64,000 nucleotides of DNA from the NCBI RefSeq assembly GCF_004010195.1, contig NC_057718.1:60860073-60924072 (forward strand). The letters run 5' to 3'. Below, piece by piece: positions 51,456 to 64,000 of this stretch. Positions within the stretch are counted from its first letter, which is position 1; each line of letters starts with the position of its first letter. The notes beneath the pieces were generated by a model. It worked only from the letters and a program-made list of their open reading frames with translations. It searched no databases and was not told the DNA's origin. The DNA is from Chiloscyllium plagiosum (taxonomy: Eukaryota). A program made the position numbers and the translations under genes.

Positions 51456-54297
51456 CACCTCAGCCACCTGCCCTTCTTTTGCACCTTCTCTAGTAGGTAC
51501 ATTCACACACTGAATCAGAAACTTTTCTGTACACACTTAACAAATTCCTTTCCATCTAAACCCTTAACACTATGGCAGTCCCAGTCTATGTTTGGAAAGT
51601 TAAAATCCCGTACCATAACCACCCTATTATTCTTACAGATAACTGATATCTCCTAACAAATTTGTTTCTCAATTTCCCTCTGACTATTGGGGGGTCTATA
51701 ATACAATCCCAGTAAGGTGATCATCCCTTTCTCCTTTCTCAGTTCAACCCAAATAAATCCTCCCTCGGTACAGCTGTAATGCTATCCCGTATCAAAAATG
51801 CCACTCCCCCTCCTCTCTTGCTTCCCTTTCTGTACTTCCTGCAGCATTTGTATCCTGGAACATTAAGTTGCCAGTCCAGTCCATCCCTGAGCCATGTTTC
51901 TGTAATTGCTATGATATCCCTGTCCCATGTTCCTAACCATGCCCCGAGTTCATCTGTCTTCCCTGTTAGGCCTCTTGCATTGAAATAAATGCACTTACCT
52001 TATTCTCTGTTTTGTCCCTGCCTGCCCTGACTGTTTGATTTTCCTTTGTTCTCAATTGTACCAGTCTCAGATTGATCTCTTTCTTCACTACCTCCCTGGG
52101 TCCCACCCCACCACCTTACTGGTTTAAATCCTCCCGAGCAGCTGTTGCAAATCTCCCTGCCGGTAAATTAGTCCCCTTCCAATTTACGTGCAATCCGTCC
52201 TTCTTGCCCAACGAGCTTCCAATGATCCAAAAATGTGAATCCTTCTACAATACTCAGTCATGCATTTATCTGCTCTATCCTCCCATTTCTGCCCTCACTA
52301 GCTCGTAGCACCAGGAGTAATCCAGATATTACTACTCTCGAGGACCTCCTTTATAAATTCATGCCTAACTTTCTGTAATCTGCCTTCAGAATCTCAACCT
52401 TTGCCCTTCCTATGTCATTGGTTCCATTGTGTACAATGACCACCAACTGGCCCTTCTCCTCCTTGAGAGCATTCTGCACCTTCTCTGAGACATCCTTAAT
52501 CCTGGCACCAGGGAAGCAACACACCATTCTGCTTTTTTACTGCTGGCCACAAAAACTTCTGTTTGTACCTCAGACTAGAGAGTCCCCTAACACAATCGAT
52601 CTCTTGGAACCCGATGTACCCCTCATTGTATTAGGATCAGTCTCAATACCAGAAACTTGGCTGTTTGTTCTACATTCCCCTAAGAATCCATCACCCCCTA
52701 CATTTTCCAAAATAGCATACTTGTGTGAAATGGGGATAGCCACAGAAGACTCCTGCACTACTTGCCTACCTCTTACCTTTCCTGGAGTTAACCCATCTAT
52801 GTGACTGTAACTGAGACCTTTCCCTCTTCCTATAACTGCCATCCATCAAATGCCCTTGTTCTTGTAAATTCCTCATTGCCTATGTCTCTCCAGCTGATCC
52901 ATTCAATCCGATAGGATTCGCAACCAACATAATTTATTGCAGATATAATCCTCAGTAACCTGTAAACTCTCTCTAAACTCCCACATCCGACAAAAGGAGC
53001 ATATCATTCTACTAAAGGCCAATTTTTCTTCTTTTAATCTACAGACCCAGAAAATAGCACTATCTTATTCCTCTATAAAACACTGCTCCAGGTTAAATTA
53101 ATACTTATGGCTTATATTTTAAGTTTAATCATATGACATATCTCAATAAAACATATAATCAAGAAAGAGCCCACACTACTCACTACTGCAGACTTGCTGT
53201 AAGGCCATGTTTAAAATATTCACTTTGGAGAGGTGCTGTGACCTCTCCCAAACAGGTTTTTCCAAGACCAGCTGTGAATTTTACTGCTTGTTAATTTTCC
53301 CAGATGCTTTCCGAAGTCCAGCAATACATGAATTCAAACAGCAAAGGTAGCAAATGTGCAGGTTCACTGCTCTGTCAGTTAGCAATGTGGGTTTCCTTTT
53401 TTCTCTCTCTCTCTCTCTCTCCCTCCTGCACTGACTTATACCATGTGCTTTCTTTGGCTGTTCCTCTCCTTTTTGAAAGTGCTGTTGTTTTGACTTTTTT
53501 TTCTCAAAGTTCCAAAACAATGCAACAACCTTTAAAACAGTAATTGCTACTCCTGGAATTTGAGGAAATCACCTCCAATACCAAAAACACCTCAAAAAAG
53601 GAGCAGCTGTTACAGCCAGAAATGTTTCCCATCTTCCATCTTGGATTACCCAGAATCCTTCATCATAATGGACTGTTTCTGGAAAGAGTTTAAGTTGTTT
53701 TTAAGTTGTCCCTAAGTTGTACACTGGAATGTTTCAGCAGCATTAATGTGTATTTCCTTTTAAGTATAAAATGAAGTCTTGTAATGGGTTCTCCTGCATC
53801 TTAAATGCAATGTAACTAGCTATTAAGTATTATGAAATAAATCTATTCTTTTTTTTTGCTGATGACATTGTTTGGACAGTCTTCTCTACTCGTTATCAAT
53901 AAGTTAGACGAATACCATAAAGGTGGCAGTGAATCTCTGCTAATTATTCCAGTTAATTCCAGGATATATGATCATGACATATAGCACCACACACTCCATA
54001 TGTACCTTCATGCCTGTCACACATACTGATAAAAAGCTCATTTACAGAACACAATCAAAATGTAAAATGGTCAATCTTGTAAAAACAAATGTCTATGATA
54101 CTAACCATATCAAAGGTATATGATCCTTCAAAAAACTCTTAACATTATTAAGTAAAATGTGAACACAGCCACCTGCTGAGATAAAAGGTTCTATACCTGT
54201 TGAAAGTTGGCCAAATAATCATTATGGGCTCAGCTTTAATTGCAAACTCTGAGAAATGTAAACAATGACAAATATTGAAGGTGAAAAATTAGGACTT

Positions 54298-55077
54298 TAA
54301 TTTAGATAAATGGGAGATGCTGTATTTTGAAAAGGCAAATCAAGGCAAATTAATGGTAAGGTCCTGTGGAGTGTTGATGAACAAAGAGACATTGGAGTGC
54401 AGGTTCATATTCCTTGAAAATGAAGTCCCTGGTAGAAAGGATGGTGAAGAAGGCATTTGGTAAGCTTGCCTTTATTGGTCAGTGCATTGAATAAAGGAAT
54501 TGGGAGGTCATTGGTTAGGTCACTTTTGGAATACTGCATGCAATTCTGATCCTGCTGCTTTAGGAAGGATGTTGTGAAACTTGAAAAGATTCAGAAAAGA
54601 TTTAAAAGGATGTTGCAAAAGTTAGAGTGTTTGAGCTGCAGGGAGAGGTTTGACAGACTGGGGCTGTTTTCCCTGGAGCATCGAAGGCTGAGGATTGAAC
54701 ATATAAAGGCTTATAAAATCATGAGGGGCACGGATAGGATAAGTAGACAAGGTCTTTTCCCCAGGGTTGGGAGTCCAAAACTAGAGGGTATAGGTTTAAG
54801 ATGAGAGGGGAAAGATTTAAAAGGGACATAAGGGGCATCTTTTTCAAACAGAAGGTGGTGTGTGTATGGAATTAGCTGCCAGAGGAAGTGGTGGAGGCGG
54901 GTAAAGTTACAACATTTAAAAGGCATCTGGATGGCTATATGAATAGGAAGGGTTTAGAGGGATATGGGCCAAATGCAGGCAAATGGGACCAGATTTATTC
55001 AGGGCATCTGGTCGGCATGGATGAGTTGGTCTGAAGTGTTTCCGTGCTGTATATCTCTATGAATCTGTGACTCTAAG
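54298..55077 (+). mobile_element. CR1 LINE 3' fragment (HER1-like)
   Basis: ORF KLEKIQKRF.RML..LE.LS.RER.DRLGLFSLEHRRLR; tail ending CTCTATGAATCTGTGACTCTA. Confidence 0.9.
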
Positions 55078-55231
55078 TGGCAGTATTTTTATAAACCACA
55101 CCAGATGTCCTATCAATCATAACAGTCTGGGAGTAGGCTGGACTTTTTTTTCTCAGTCAGAAAAAGCTCTGAAGATTGTTTTTCACAGTTTAAAGGACTC
55201 TGGACTTCTACACAAAGCATTATTACTCTAG

Positions 55232-55593
55232 CAAGGTTTGTGAAGGCTTGTATCTCAGGTTGAGGTTTAGGGTGTAGGTTTGCTCACTGAGCTGTAGGTT
55301 TGATATCCAGACGTTTCATTACCTGTCTAGGTAACATCATCAGTGGCGACCTCCAAGTGAAGTGAAGCTGTTGCCTCCTGCTTACTATTTATATCTTTCT
55401 CCTGGATGGGGTTCCTGGGGTTTGTGGTGATGTCATTTCCTGTTCGTTTTCTGAGGGGTTGATAGATGGCATCTAGATCTATGTGTTTGTTTATGGCGTG
55501 GTGGTTGGAGTGCCAGGCCTCTAGGAATTCTCTGGCATGTCTTTGCTTAGCCTGTCCCAGGATAGATGTATTGTCCCAGTCAAAATGGTGGTT
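55232..55593 (-). mobile_element. Poseidon-type PLE 3' end (GIY-YIG C-terminus plus HHR) with 13-bp TSD
   Basis: TSD ATTATTACTCTAG 55219-55231 and 55594-55606; minus frame NHHFDWDNTSILGQAKQRHAREFLEAWHS...INKHIDLDAIYQPL. Confidence 0.88.
55307..55346 (-). ncRNA. Minimal type I hammerhead ribozyme, family C, intact core
   Basis: Reverse complement CCA CTGATGA T GTTACCT AGAC AGGTAAT GAAA CG TC TGG. Confidence 0.8.
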
Positions 55594-56084
55594 ATTATTA
55601 CTCTAGAGATACCAAATACTGCCATAAACCATACCTAGCTTACTGTGCATCACCCAATTATTGAAATTGAAAGAATAATTACTTTGCATTTGATAACTTG
55701 TCATTGAAAGAATTCCAGGATCAGGTGACAAGAATGTTTTAGTTGCGAGGGGTCCTCCATAATTCATGCCTTCTCTGAGAAGATTTATCGATATTTATGG
55801 GTTGGGCTTAACTTCACTTAAGTTACAGTGGTGGGTTAAAACCCCCATTCCATGGAGTCATGCTGTTTCTGGGGAAACAGCCTGTACCCTTACACAACTC
55901 AGTAAAACCCTGGGTCAAGAAGTGAATTGAAGCACCCATTGAAATGAGATAGAAGTCAAACAAAATGCAACAATCAAACCAGTATCGGAAACACAAGGTC
56001 CGAGTAGGATGTGTTGGCTGGTGGTGATGGACATGTGCAGAACCAAATTGACAATTTAACATGTGGAAATGTTCAATCTTAACA

Positions 56085-57130
56085 TCTCAGCCTAAAATTT
56101 GTGCTCCAGAACTAGCACCTCTAACCAAGCAATTTCAGCAGTTATATCATCAACTGCTAGAGTAAACATTTGTCCACACGTGGCTTGTCCACAAGGTGCA
56201 GGACAAATCTAATTCAGCCAACAACTATCTCTTTGGTCTACTGTCAATCACAGCAATGAAATGAAATATGTCATGTGTTCATCCACTCTTTGAGTCTTGA
56301 TTTGGGTTCCAACAGGCTCACGTGCAGCAGACCTCAATGCCAGACTTGTGGTGAGAATGGCTGCCTTTGATATCAAGACAATATTTGACCATGTGGCACA
56401 TCAGTGGTCCTTGCAAAATGGAGGAATGACTATCTCCAGTATAAGAAAATTTAATTACTATTCCCCACAAATATCAAGTCAGCCATCATCAAAACATTAG
56501 AATTCAACATTGACCAGACCCATAACTGAACCAACCATATAAGTACAGTGGCTACAAGTGCTTGTCAGAGCAAGTATTCTGCACAAAGTGACTCACCTCT
56601 TGACTCCTCAAAACATGCCAATAAGGGCGAAGTCAAGCATGTGATCGAATACTCACCTCTTGAGTGGGTTAGTGCAGCTCCAAAACACTCAAGAAACTCA
56701 ACACCATCCAGGTAGAGTAAAACATTTGCTTCACTCATTCACCACCCAACCATTCATTTACTTCATCACTGACAGACAATGACTACAATGTGTGCTGTTT
56801 ACAGCAAATCCCCCAAATTACTTTGGCAGTGTCTCCCAAATCCACAACCTCTACTATTTAGAAAAACAAGGGAAACACACAACAAGAACACCACTATCTA
56901 CAAGTTCTCTTCCAAGCCAGACAGAATTCTGATTTGGAATATCATCATTTCTTTACTCTGAATGAATTAAAATCTCTTACTCCCTCTGTAACAGCACTGT
57001 GGGTGCCCCTGCACCATATGGACCACTGGGGTTCAAGAAAACTTTTCACCATCACTTCCTTTAGAACTGCTTAGGTAACAGTAAATACTGGCCTTGCCAG
57101 TGACACCCACATCCTTTCATGAATTAAAGA
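56085..57130 (+). mobile_element. Older CR1/L2-group LINE fragment
   Basis: APELA....K...VHK.QDKSN.AN and A.DIK..FD.V.H remnants; tail CTGGCCTTGCCAGTGACACCCACATCC. Confidence 0.65.
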
Positions 57131-59899
57131 AAGAAACTGATCTTCTGTCTGTAGATTCAACTATGTTGCTCATGCCTTTTGTGGCCTAGACCTCTCTGTT
57201 GTCATTGCCACCGTTCTAATTCTGTTCTCTCTGCTATTCTATATTCTTTTCTCTCTTGTGCACATCTGCCACTCTCATATGAACTTGCAGCTCCCACCAC
57301 ACTTCACCTCAATGTCATGTACGGTGATCAACTTCTTTATCCAATGTCTAATTGGAAACGTTTATGGTACACTCTCACCATCCTGATACTGCCAATTCAA
57401 AAGCTTCCAAACGTCTGCAACACATGCGTCTGCATAAAATCTCTCAGCAAAACATTAATCAGCAGAAACTATGAAAGCGACTGAGCCCATATTTGTATTG
57501 AGAGAAATCAGAAATTTAAGCAACTGGCATTAAGAATGATGATTGTTTTTTTTCTTCCCACCTGTTTCACCAACAGGTTTCTTGAATCCCAGAAAACCTA
57601 TTTTGGGAAGCATCATTTTTAAATTTCTGATATAATCACTTCAGATAAATGTATTAACGTAAGATGATAAGGACCTGTCTTCAGGAAGCAGGTTACCTTC
57701 ATGCACTGACACAATGGTCATGTTTGACAATTTTGAACTTTTTACCTTCTCCCTAACCCCACACCACTCATTCTTGGGCTTCAAAATTCTCCTGGTGCCT
57801 TAAGTTTGATTTAACTGAGCTCCAAGCTTGTTGTATAGACCTCTAAACACTGAAGGAGCAATCTTACCAATACTTTACTAGCCATATATAAATGTCTGTC
57901 ACTGTTTTAAGTTTAAAAATTTATACTTATTTTCTAGCCAAAGGGTACCTTAACCATCTAAGGCTTGCAAATTCTGAGGAGAGTCAATTTTTCACACATC
58001 TTCAGGTTGGAAAGAAGGCTGCTTTCTTTCCTAAATAAGAAATAATAGCAAGAGGTTATCAAATCGCATTGTTAGAACAGAAGCAAATGTTCACCTCAGG
58101 AAGACTGTAATACAGACTGATGTGTGTGTTTAAGAATTCCTTGGGGATTCCTCTTTGAGTCTCTATCCTTCTGTCGGTTTTTGTTTTGATGTAGTGTTAT
58201 TCTCGTGGCCTGATCGCCATAGCAAATAGAATTTGGTATATCTGCTGGCAGTTCTTTGAAAAGACTTGGGTCTGAACATTTATATAATGCTTTTTCCAGT
58301 AAATATATTTTGTGCTGTTAAACAGTGAATATATAAATATATTAATGCATAAGAATATACCTGATAATAAACACCTAAAATATTATGTATCATCCAATCA
58401 GTCAGAACTACTGATTTCTTGCTGCTCAGCAGGGTTCAGTTCCGAATCTGTAAACACAATGTAATAGAGAAATTGTGCAAGTTAGAGAATAAGTGGAATA
58501 TGTGATTGAAATCCGACATTGAAGCTGGTTTAGTAAAGTATTTCTTTGCCTCTTATTGCGCTACCATTTTCCTATCACTTCACATCAAACAGAATGCGAG
58601 AGTCAGTTTAGTAATCCAACTCCAAAACACTATAAAACAAATTATGGACGGAATCTTATTGGGCTCTGAATGAGGTGGACTATGGTGCGAGAATTGCGTG
58701 CAAAGTCCAGTGAGACCTTTCTCAATATCAGTTGCATTTTCCAAAAAAGTTGAGGGCATCAGGATTTTCACGAGGCAGCAGCAAGGTCCCTGTTAATAAG
58801 GATTATTGCTTGTTCTCACCCTCATTAACTAAGTCTCCCTTTTAAATACACAGTCTCCTTTCCTATTATGCACCACGAGGAATCACGATGCTGAGATTCA
58901 TCAAGGTGGAAGCCTGAGCAGGTACCTGGTCACTACAGCTCATTGTTTGATCCTCCAGACCTCTATCTTGGACACTTGGCACCATCATTTCAGAGCATGG
59001 TCCTGGACATTGACTGCATGCCGTTCACATTCACAGATGTTGGCACCTGACAACTATGAGCCTCTCAGAACCTTTATTGCGTAACTTACAGTACATTCTG
59101 CATTTTAAAGCAATACCTTGGGGCCCACTCTCAACTGGCATTGATATGCTGCTGCAAGGATATTTTTTGTGCAAGGACACCCAACCAAAGTGCACACACA
59201 GCCAGGCTGCCGGTCAGTAGTGATCAGTCCAGGAAGTGGACATCTTTGCTGTACACCACAGTGAAATGTTAACCTCACACTTAAACCATGTGTTGACTAC
59301 ATGTGTGGCAGATACACTGCAGGTTATTTCAACCAAATGGTCGTCCCTGAAAGTCGGTTGGGAGTAAACCTTAGCCAAGTTGATGTGAATGCTGCAGTCA
59401 GTCAGTCTGAAATCCTAGTATAGTCAGTGAAGGGGACAGAGTGCAAGGGTTTGGCCACAGTCAGTTATGGTCAGGGAGTCTATTTTACTCCAGTTTGTGA
59501 GTGGGCCATGGTCACAATGTAGGGCCATTGCAAGCAGTCAGTGAATCATATTGGAGAACTGCAAGGAGAGTGGTCAAGGGCCTGGTCACTCATTACTTGA
59601 GGCTGTCCATCGAAATCAGTCAGGAAATTGGAGAGCAGTCAGTCCTGGGGATCCATATATCATGGGAGGCAAGATTGGCAATATGGCAGCATTGAAAGGC
59701 TGCTTTGTGATGAAAGAGGTTGAGGGCTTTCAATGCTGAGGACCAATGGTGGCATGGGTTGAGGAGGGGACAACTACAGCAATGTGGGGAAATTCCAACT
59801 AGAAAGGGTGGGGCCAGTAGAGGTTTGGAGGCCATGGAAGGACACTGGTGAAGTGCATACATGGAGTCATTGCCAAAATGCCCTCTGTGGGAGAGTGTA

Positions 59900-61100
59900 C
59901 AACTTAGTGCCAGGTCTCAGGGGGGCAGGAGGGGAGCTGGAGGTGAGGTTCCAGGGACTGATGTATCAATCATGCACTTGCAGCTTTCAACTTTATATCA
60001 TTTGCCATCATATCATTGTGCAAGCAGAATTAATGCAGTGCAATTATTTGGGGTGCAAATGCTGGATACATTTGCCCTTGGCCCTTTCAAATTACACATA
60101 AGCATCTCAATAAAATAAAAATTATTGGGACTGACTGTAAAAGAGCCAGATATGGTCCACAACCAACACAGTTCTGCAAATGCCAAAGGTGACAGCAATG
60201 AGCTGAAACCTTTTCTACCTGCACTGTGTGTATGCTGATCTATGTTATTGCATGCAATAATACCTTGCGTATTGACATGAGGCTAGGATGAGGAAGATTT
60301 ATGGAGGATTACAAATATGCAGTTGTGTGTTTGTCTCTCAGCCGACAGAGCTCTACTTACTAAGTAAGTGCCTATCTCAAAGGGCCAATCTAACTGGATA
60401 CTTGGACTTGCCTGTTGGGGCTCTCTGCGCTTATTTTATGGAGAAGTGAGTGCAGTCATTGTCTACAAGGTCTACAATTAAAAACCTGTCTGTTCCTTAT
60501 GTTCCCAACATTGGTCATTGCCAGCAACAATAGTGACTCCAGCAATGGTGGCTGCTTTGCTAAGGAGGTGAAAGCTGTGACTCCTACATCCTGGAGCACT
60601 CTAGTGCACCCTGTACTTGCTATGCTTGAAAGTCCAACTACCTTACAAGGCACAAAAACAGAAATTGCTAGAAAAGCTCAGCAGGTCTGGCAGCATCAGT
60701 GGTGAGAAATCAGAGTTAACATTTGGAGTTGAGTAACCTTTCCTCAGAACACTTTCCTTCCAAGGCTGGTTGCCAGGAGACTAGGGCTATCCATTGTGAC
60801 CACAGCTCATAGCCATGACCTATGCTGAGCACAGATACAAAGCTGCCCACGCATCAATCAGCCTTGGTAATGCAAACAAAAGGGCTACTGATGATGTCAT
60901 TCCACTCCCTGGACTGCTCTGGGGTCAGGAAGGGAAGGTGTCCTGCATTATCCTAGTGTGCTGTAATCTACACAACTGGAGCAGGCAAAGAGGATATGAA
61001 ATGGATGGTGAGGACGCTGAGAGACTGGGACCAATGTTCTGAGGATGAGGATATTGAAGAGGAGAATGCTCTCCTTGCCATGTTCAGCTGCGTCAGATGA
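59900..61100 (+). mobile_element. PIF/Harbinger DDE transposase relic
   Basis: QGWLPGD*GYPL (~60761-60796), AEHRYKAAH and KVSCIILVCCNLHN..RQRG (ORF 60815-61042) match the HARBI1-type GD.GY, E..YN.AH and CC.LHN motifs; left boundary uncertain. Confidence 0.75.
60652..60755 (-). mobile_element. PLE 3' end with decayed HHR, inserted in the Harbinger transposase
   Basis: Imperfect TSD CCTTACAAGGC 60641-60651 / CCTTCCAAGGC 60756-60766; tail family as 36856-36960. Confidence 0.7.
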
Positions 61101-62463
61101 TACAAGCCTGGCACAAGCTGATTGACCCCTGGTTCCAGTAGATGAGATCTGGGTGCAGCAGACAATCACTGACAGTAAAATAGTTATCAATAAACATTCA
61201 AGCGATTCGCTTGTATTCTATTAACGAAATGCAGCCTATGTTCATTTTGTTCTGTTTGCATCTCTTAATTATAAATAAAAGATCATCTTTGACATTGTTT
61301 GAGTCTATCCATGTTTGTAATGGTCCCCCAGTGTACAATTATAGGATACTGGTTTGCAGTAGGTCCTTGGGACACCACAGCAGGGACTTATATAGGGCAT
61401 TAAAATGGGATGTGGCTCAGGACAGGTAAGCTGTGAGGCCTGGTGGATAAACAGTGACTGGGACAAGGAAGGAAAGTTGTACTTGTGAGAAAGTGTTTGC
61501 CATGCCAGCTGTGGTCTGTGAGTATTTTAGGTTTGTGGTTACTATGCCAATTCATTGCCAGTGCAGGGCAACTCCAGAGTGCCAATGCTGGGCTGGTGTT
61601 CAGCTGGATTGCCAGATTGCACCAGGGATGCTGGTCTCTTCTGAGGTATCCCAAAAGTGGTGAGTGCTTCCGGCTAAACTGAGGAGGAGCATTCAATGTG
61701 AGGCATGCCATAGAGGTGAGGTATGTTGTAATTGAAACATGTTTTGGACATTAAAGTAATAAAAATCACTAGGCCTTGTGAAGTGAAGCTTTCTATGAAA
61801 ATAGACAAAATTAATAGTTAGTCTAAAAGAATGCAAGATTCAGCCAATGAATACCAGCTCCAAGAACAGCCCTCGATGATTGGATTTTGCACCCTATGTA
61901 ATAATTCATTGAGCACTCTCCACAGGATTTGCAAGGTACTTCTTCAAATTTGCATACAAGGAATGCAACTTGTTTGAATGTTGCCAAAATAGAACTCATT
62001 TCAATGCATAACTGGTCAGCCAACTATTCTCCTGCCCAGGAATGTCGAAAGACAGACTCTGGAGTATGTTTAGTATTTCTCATATCTTGGCAGCTACCTC
62101 TCTCAAAAAGCCACCATTACTGAGGAGATCCAACACACAGTTAGCTGCAGTGGTTCAGCTTACTATGAACCACAGAAATGAGTATTTGATAACAGATTCT
62201 TCCACAAGTCAACAAAACACTGAGTGTAGGGAGAGTGGTCACCATGGTCCAATAGTATGGCCTATGGTACATGGCATATGGACGGACTGTAATGTTTAAA
62301 TTCTAAATTTACTTCTTTATTTTCATACTTAAAGCAACTATGGTGATGAACGTATTTCTTTATTTTACTATTTTTGTTCCTAGATATCTTTGTACCTGAC
62401 ATGGTGTTAGGAATGGTGACATTGTACTGTTTTCACGGTACTCTTGTACTTGTCTGGAATCTT

Positions 62464-62794
62464 ACAATCCCTACAGTATGGAAACAGGCCCTTCGGCCCA
62501 ACAAGTCCACACCAACCCTCCAAAGGGTAACCCCCCAGACCCATTCCCCTCCCCTATTATCCTACATTTACCCCTGACTAATGCACCTAACCTACACATG
62601 CCTGAGCATGGCAACATTTAGCATGGCCAATTCACCTGGACTATGGGAGGAAACCAGAGTACGCAGAGGAAACCCACACAGACACGGAGAGAATGTGCAA
62701 ACTCCACACAGACAATTGCCCAAGGTTGGAATCGAACCCAGGTCCCTGGCACTGTGAGGCAGCAGTGCTAACACTGAGCCACCGTGCCGCTGCC
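62464..62794 (-). mobile_element. HE1-type V-SINE
   Basis: Reverse-complement homolog of 26227-26548 (GGCACGGTGGCTCAGTG, GGTTCGATTCC, V-domain). Confidence 0.9.
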
Positions 62795-63909
62795 TACGCA
62801 TGACAATAAAACTTAAAAGATCTATGACAGTGACACCTGGAATATATATCAGTGACAGATCAGATCATGAGCAAAATCCTACATCTATGACATTCTTCAA
62901 ATTCAATGGAAGGACCCATTTAAGAGTGAAAAGGTGAAATACTCACGATCCCTCAAAGTTTCCATGCTGCCTCCATGCCTCATCATTTCCCCTTCCCCCT
63001 TCTGAATCCCCAAGAGCCATTTACCCAGTATTCGCTTTGAGAAGATCTCAGGAGCCATGTAAAGATTAAAGAAACTTGTAAGTGAATTTCAACTCAAACT
63101 TACTTGATACTGAAAAAATACTCTATTCAAGTCACCCATTCAAAAATGTAAAATTCCTTAAAGATATCAATCTGAAAAAACAAACATCTATTTCACTAAC
63201 CACATCAAAAACAGCTAATCTTTTAATATCTATTTAAAGCTGCTGATCAAAATGCCTATATAGCCCACTGCTAAGATAAGTGGTTCTAGACCTTTTGCAA
63301 CTCAACCAAGTATTCACAATGGGCTCAGTCAACGCAATTAATTTGGGGAAATCTAAACAACTGAGTTGTTTAAAACAGAAGGCTAATGGTTGTTTCTAAG
63401 CTGCATCAGACCTCCTGTCCGTAAATGTGCCCCAGCTGCCAGTGCCATTTTGTTTACAATAACTGAAAACTGCACACTGTTTTGTTTTCAATTTTAAATA
63501 GCTGGGGAATTAAATCACTTCAAATCATGACACTTAAATAGCCCATAAACCTTAAGATGGATTTATGCCATCCTTATAAAATGATAGTTCTGACACTGTG
63601 GAGTAAGGCCATTGAAGCAATGAAAGTCGCATGCCTTTGTACTCAAATCAGATGGCCCTGTTGCATTTGGGATTCCTGCATGTGTGATTCGTACGTCACA
63701 TTTTTTCCACAGCCTGTATAAATGGCATCTGCTAGGACCTCCACATCTGGGTCCTGCGTCCCATTATTAAAAGTCTCCAGACTCAGCAAAAATCCAGTCC
63801 AACATGTTTTTTTAATGGATTGCTTGTTTCAGGGCAAATGTATGTTAAATATTGGACAAATTTGCGCTGCACGAACATCCCAAATGCTTGGTTGAGGAGT
63901 GTAATCACG

Positions 63910-64000
63910 TCATAGAGTCATAGAGATGTCCAGCACAGTTGGAACTTTGGTCCAAGTGGACCTTTGCTCCAACTTGTTCATGCCGGCCAGGTATCCTAAA
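63910..64000 (-). mobile_element. CR1 LINE 3' end, continues past window
   Basis: CATAGAGTCATAGAGATGT start identical to 48980. Confidence 0.75.

Larger units (their letters stand above)
48980..53658 (-). mobile_element. Near full-length CR1 LINE (HER1-like), both ORFs disrupted
   Basis: ORF1: C..C zinc finger MICSFCRMWE...YICNK (~52920-53010) and SGNH-esterase-like IVLGDSLV (52570-52842). ORF2: APE start CIYFNARGL (~51993), RT YMDFRKAFDKVPH, GVPQG.VLG, SKFADGTK, C-terminal RRLRGDLIEVYKIM. 3' end CATAGAGTCATAGAG on + strand. Confidence 0.95.

Overview
Eukaryotic, AT-rich, repeat-dense non-coding DNA. The repeat complement (HE1-type V-SINEs, HER1-like CR1 LINEs, Deu-domain SINEs) points to a cartilaginous fish, probably a shark (inference). 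No host protein-coding exon could be identified confidently. All recognisable ORF fragments are decayed transposon coding sequence: a near full-length CR1 LINE (48980-53658, minus), many CR1 fragments, a shattered Gypsy LTR element (~37173-42450, minus), Neptune- and Poseidon-type Penelope-like elements (PLEs), and PIF/Harbinger transposase and Myb relics. There is also a 1.5 kb 27/25-bp minisatellite. The most striking signal is a dense population of minimal type I hammerhead ribozyme (HHR) motifs carried by PLE termini, about 15 intact or decayed copies from at least four sequence families. These include a tandem array of 286-bp units, each with a perfect HHR, plus an inverted copy (1-1013; retrozyme-like). 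Several short, TSD-flanked palindromic PLE cassettes are also present, two with an HHR on each strand. Boundaries of old repeats are approximate and were read by eye.
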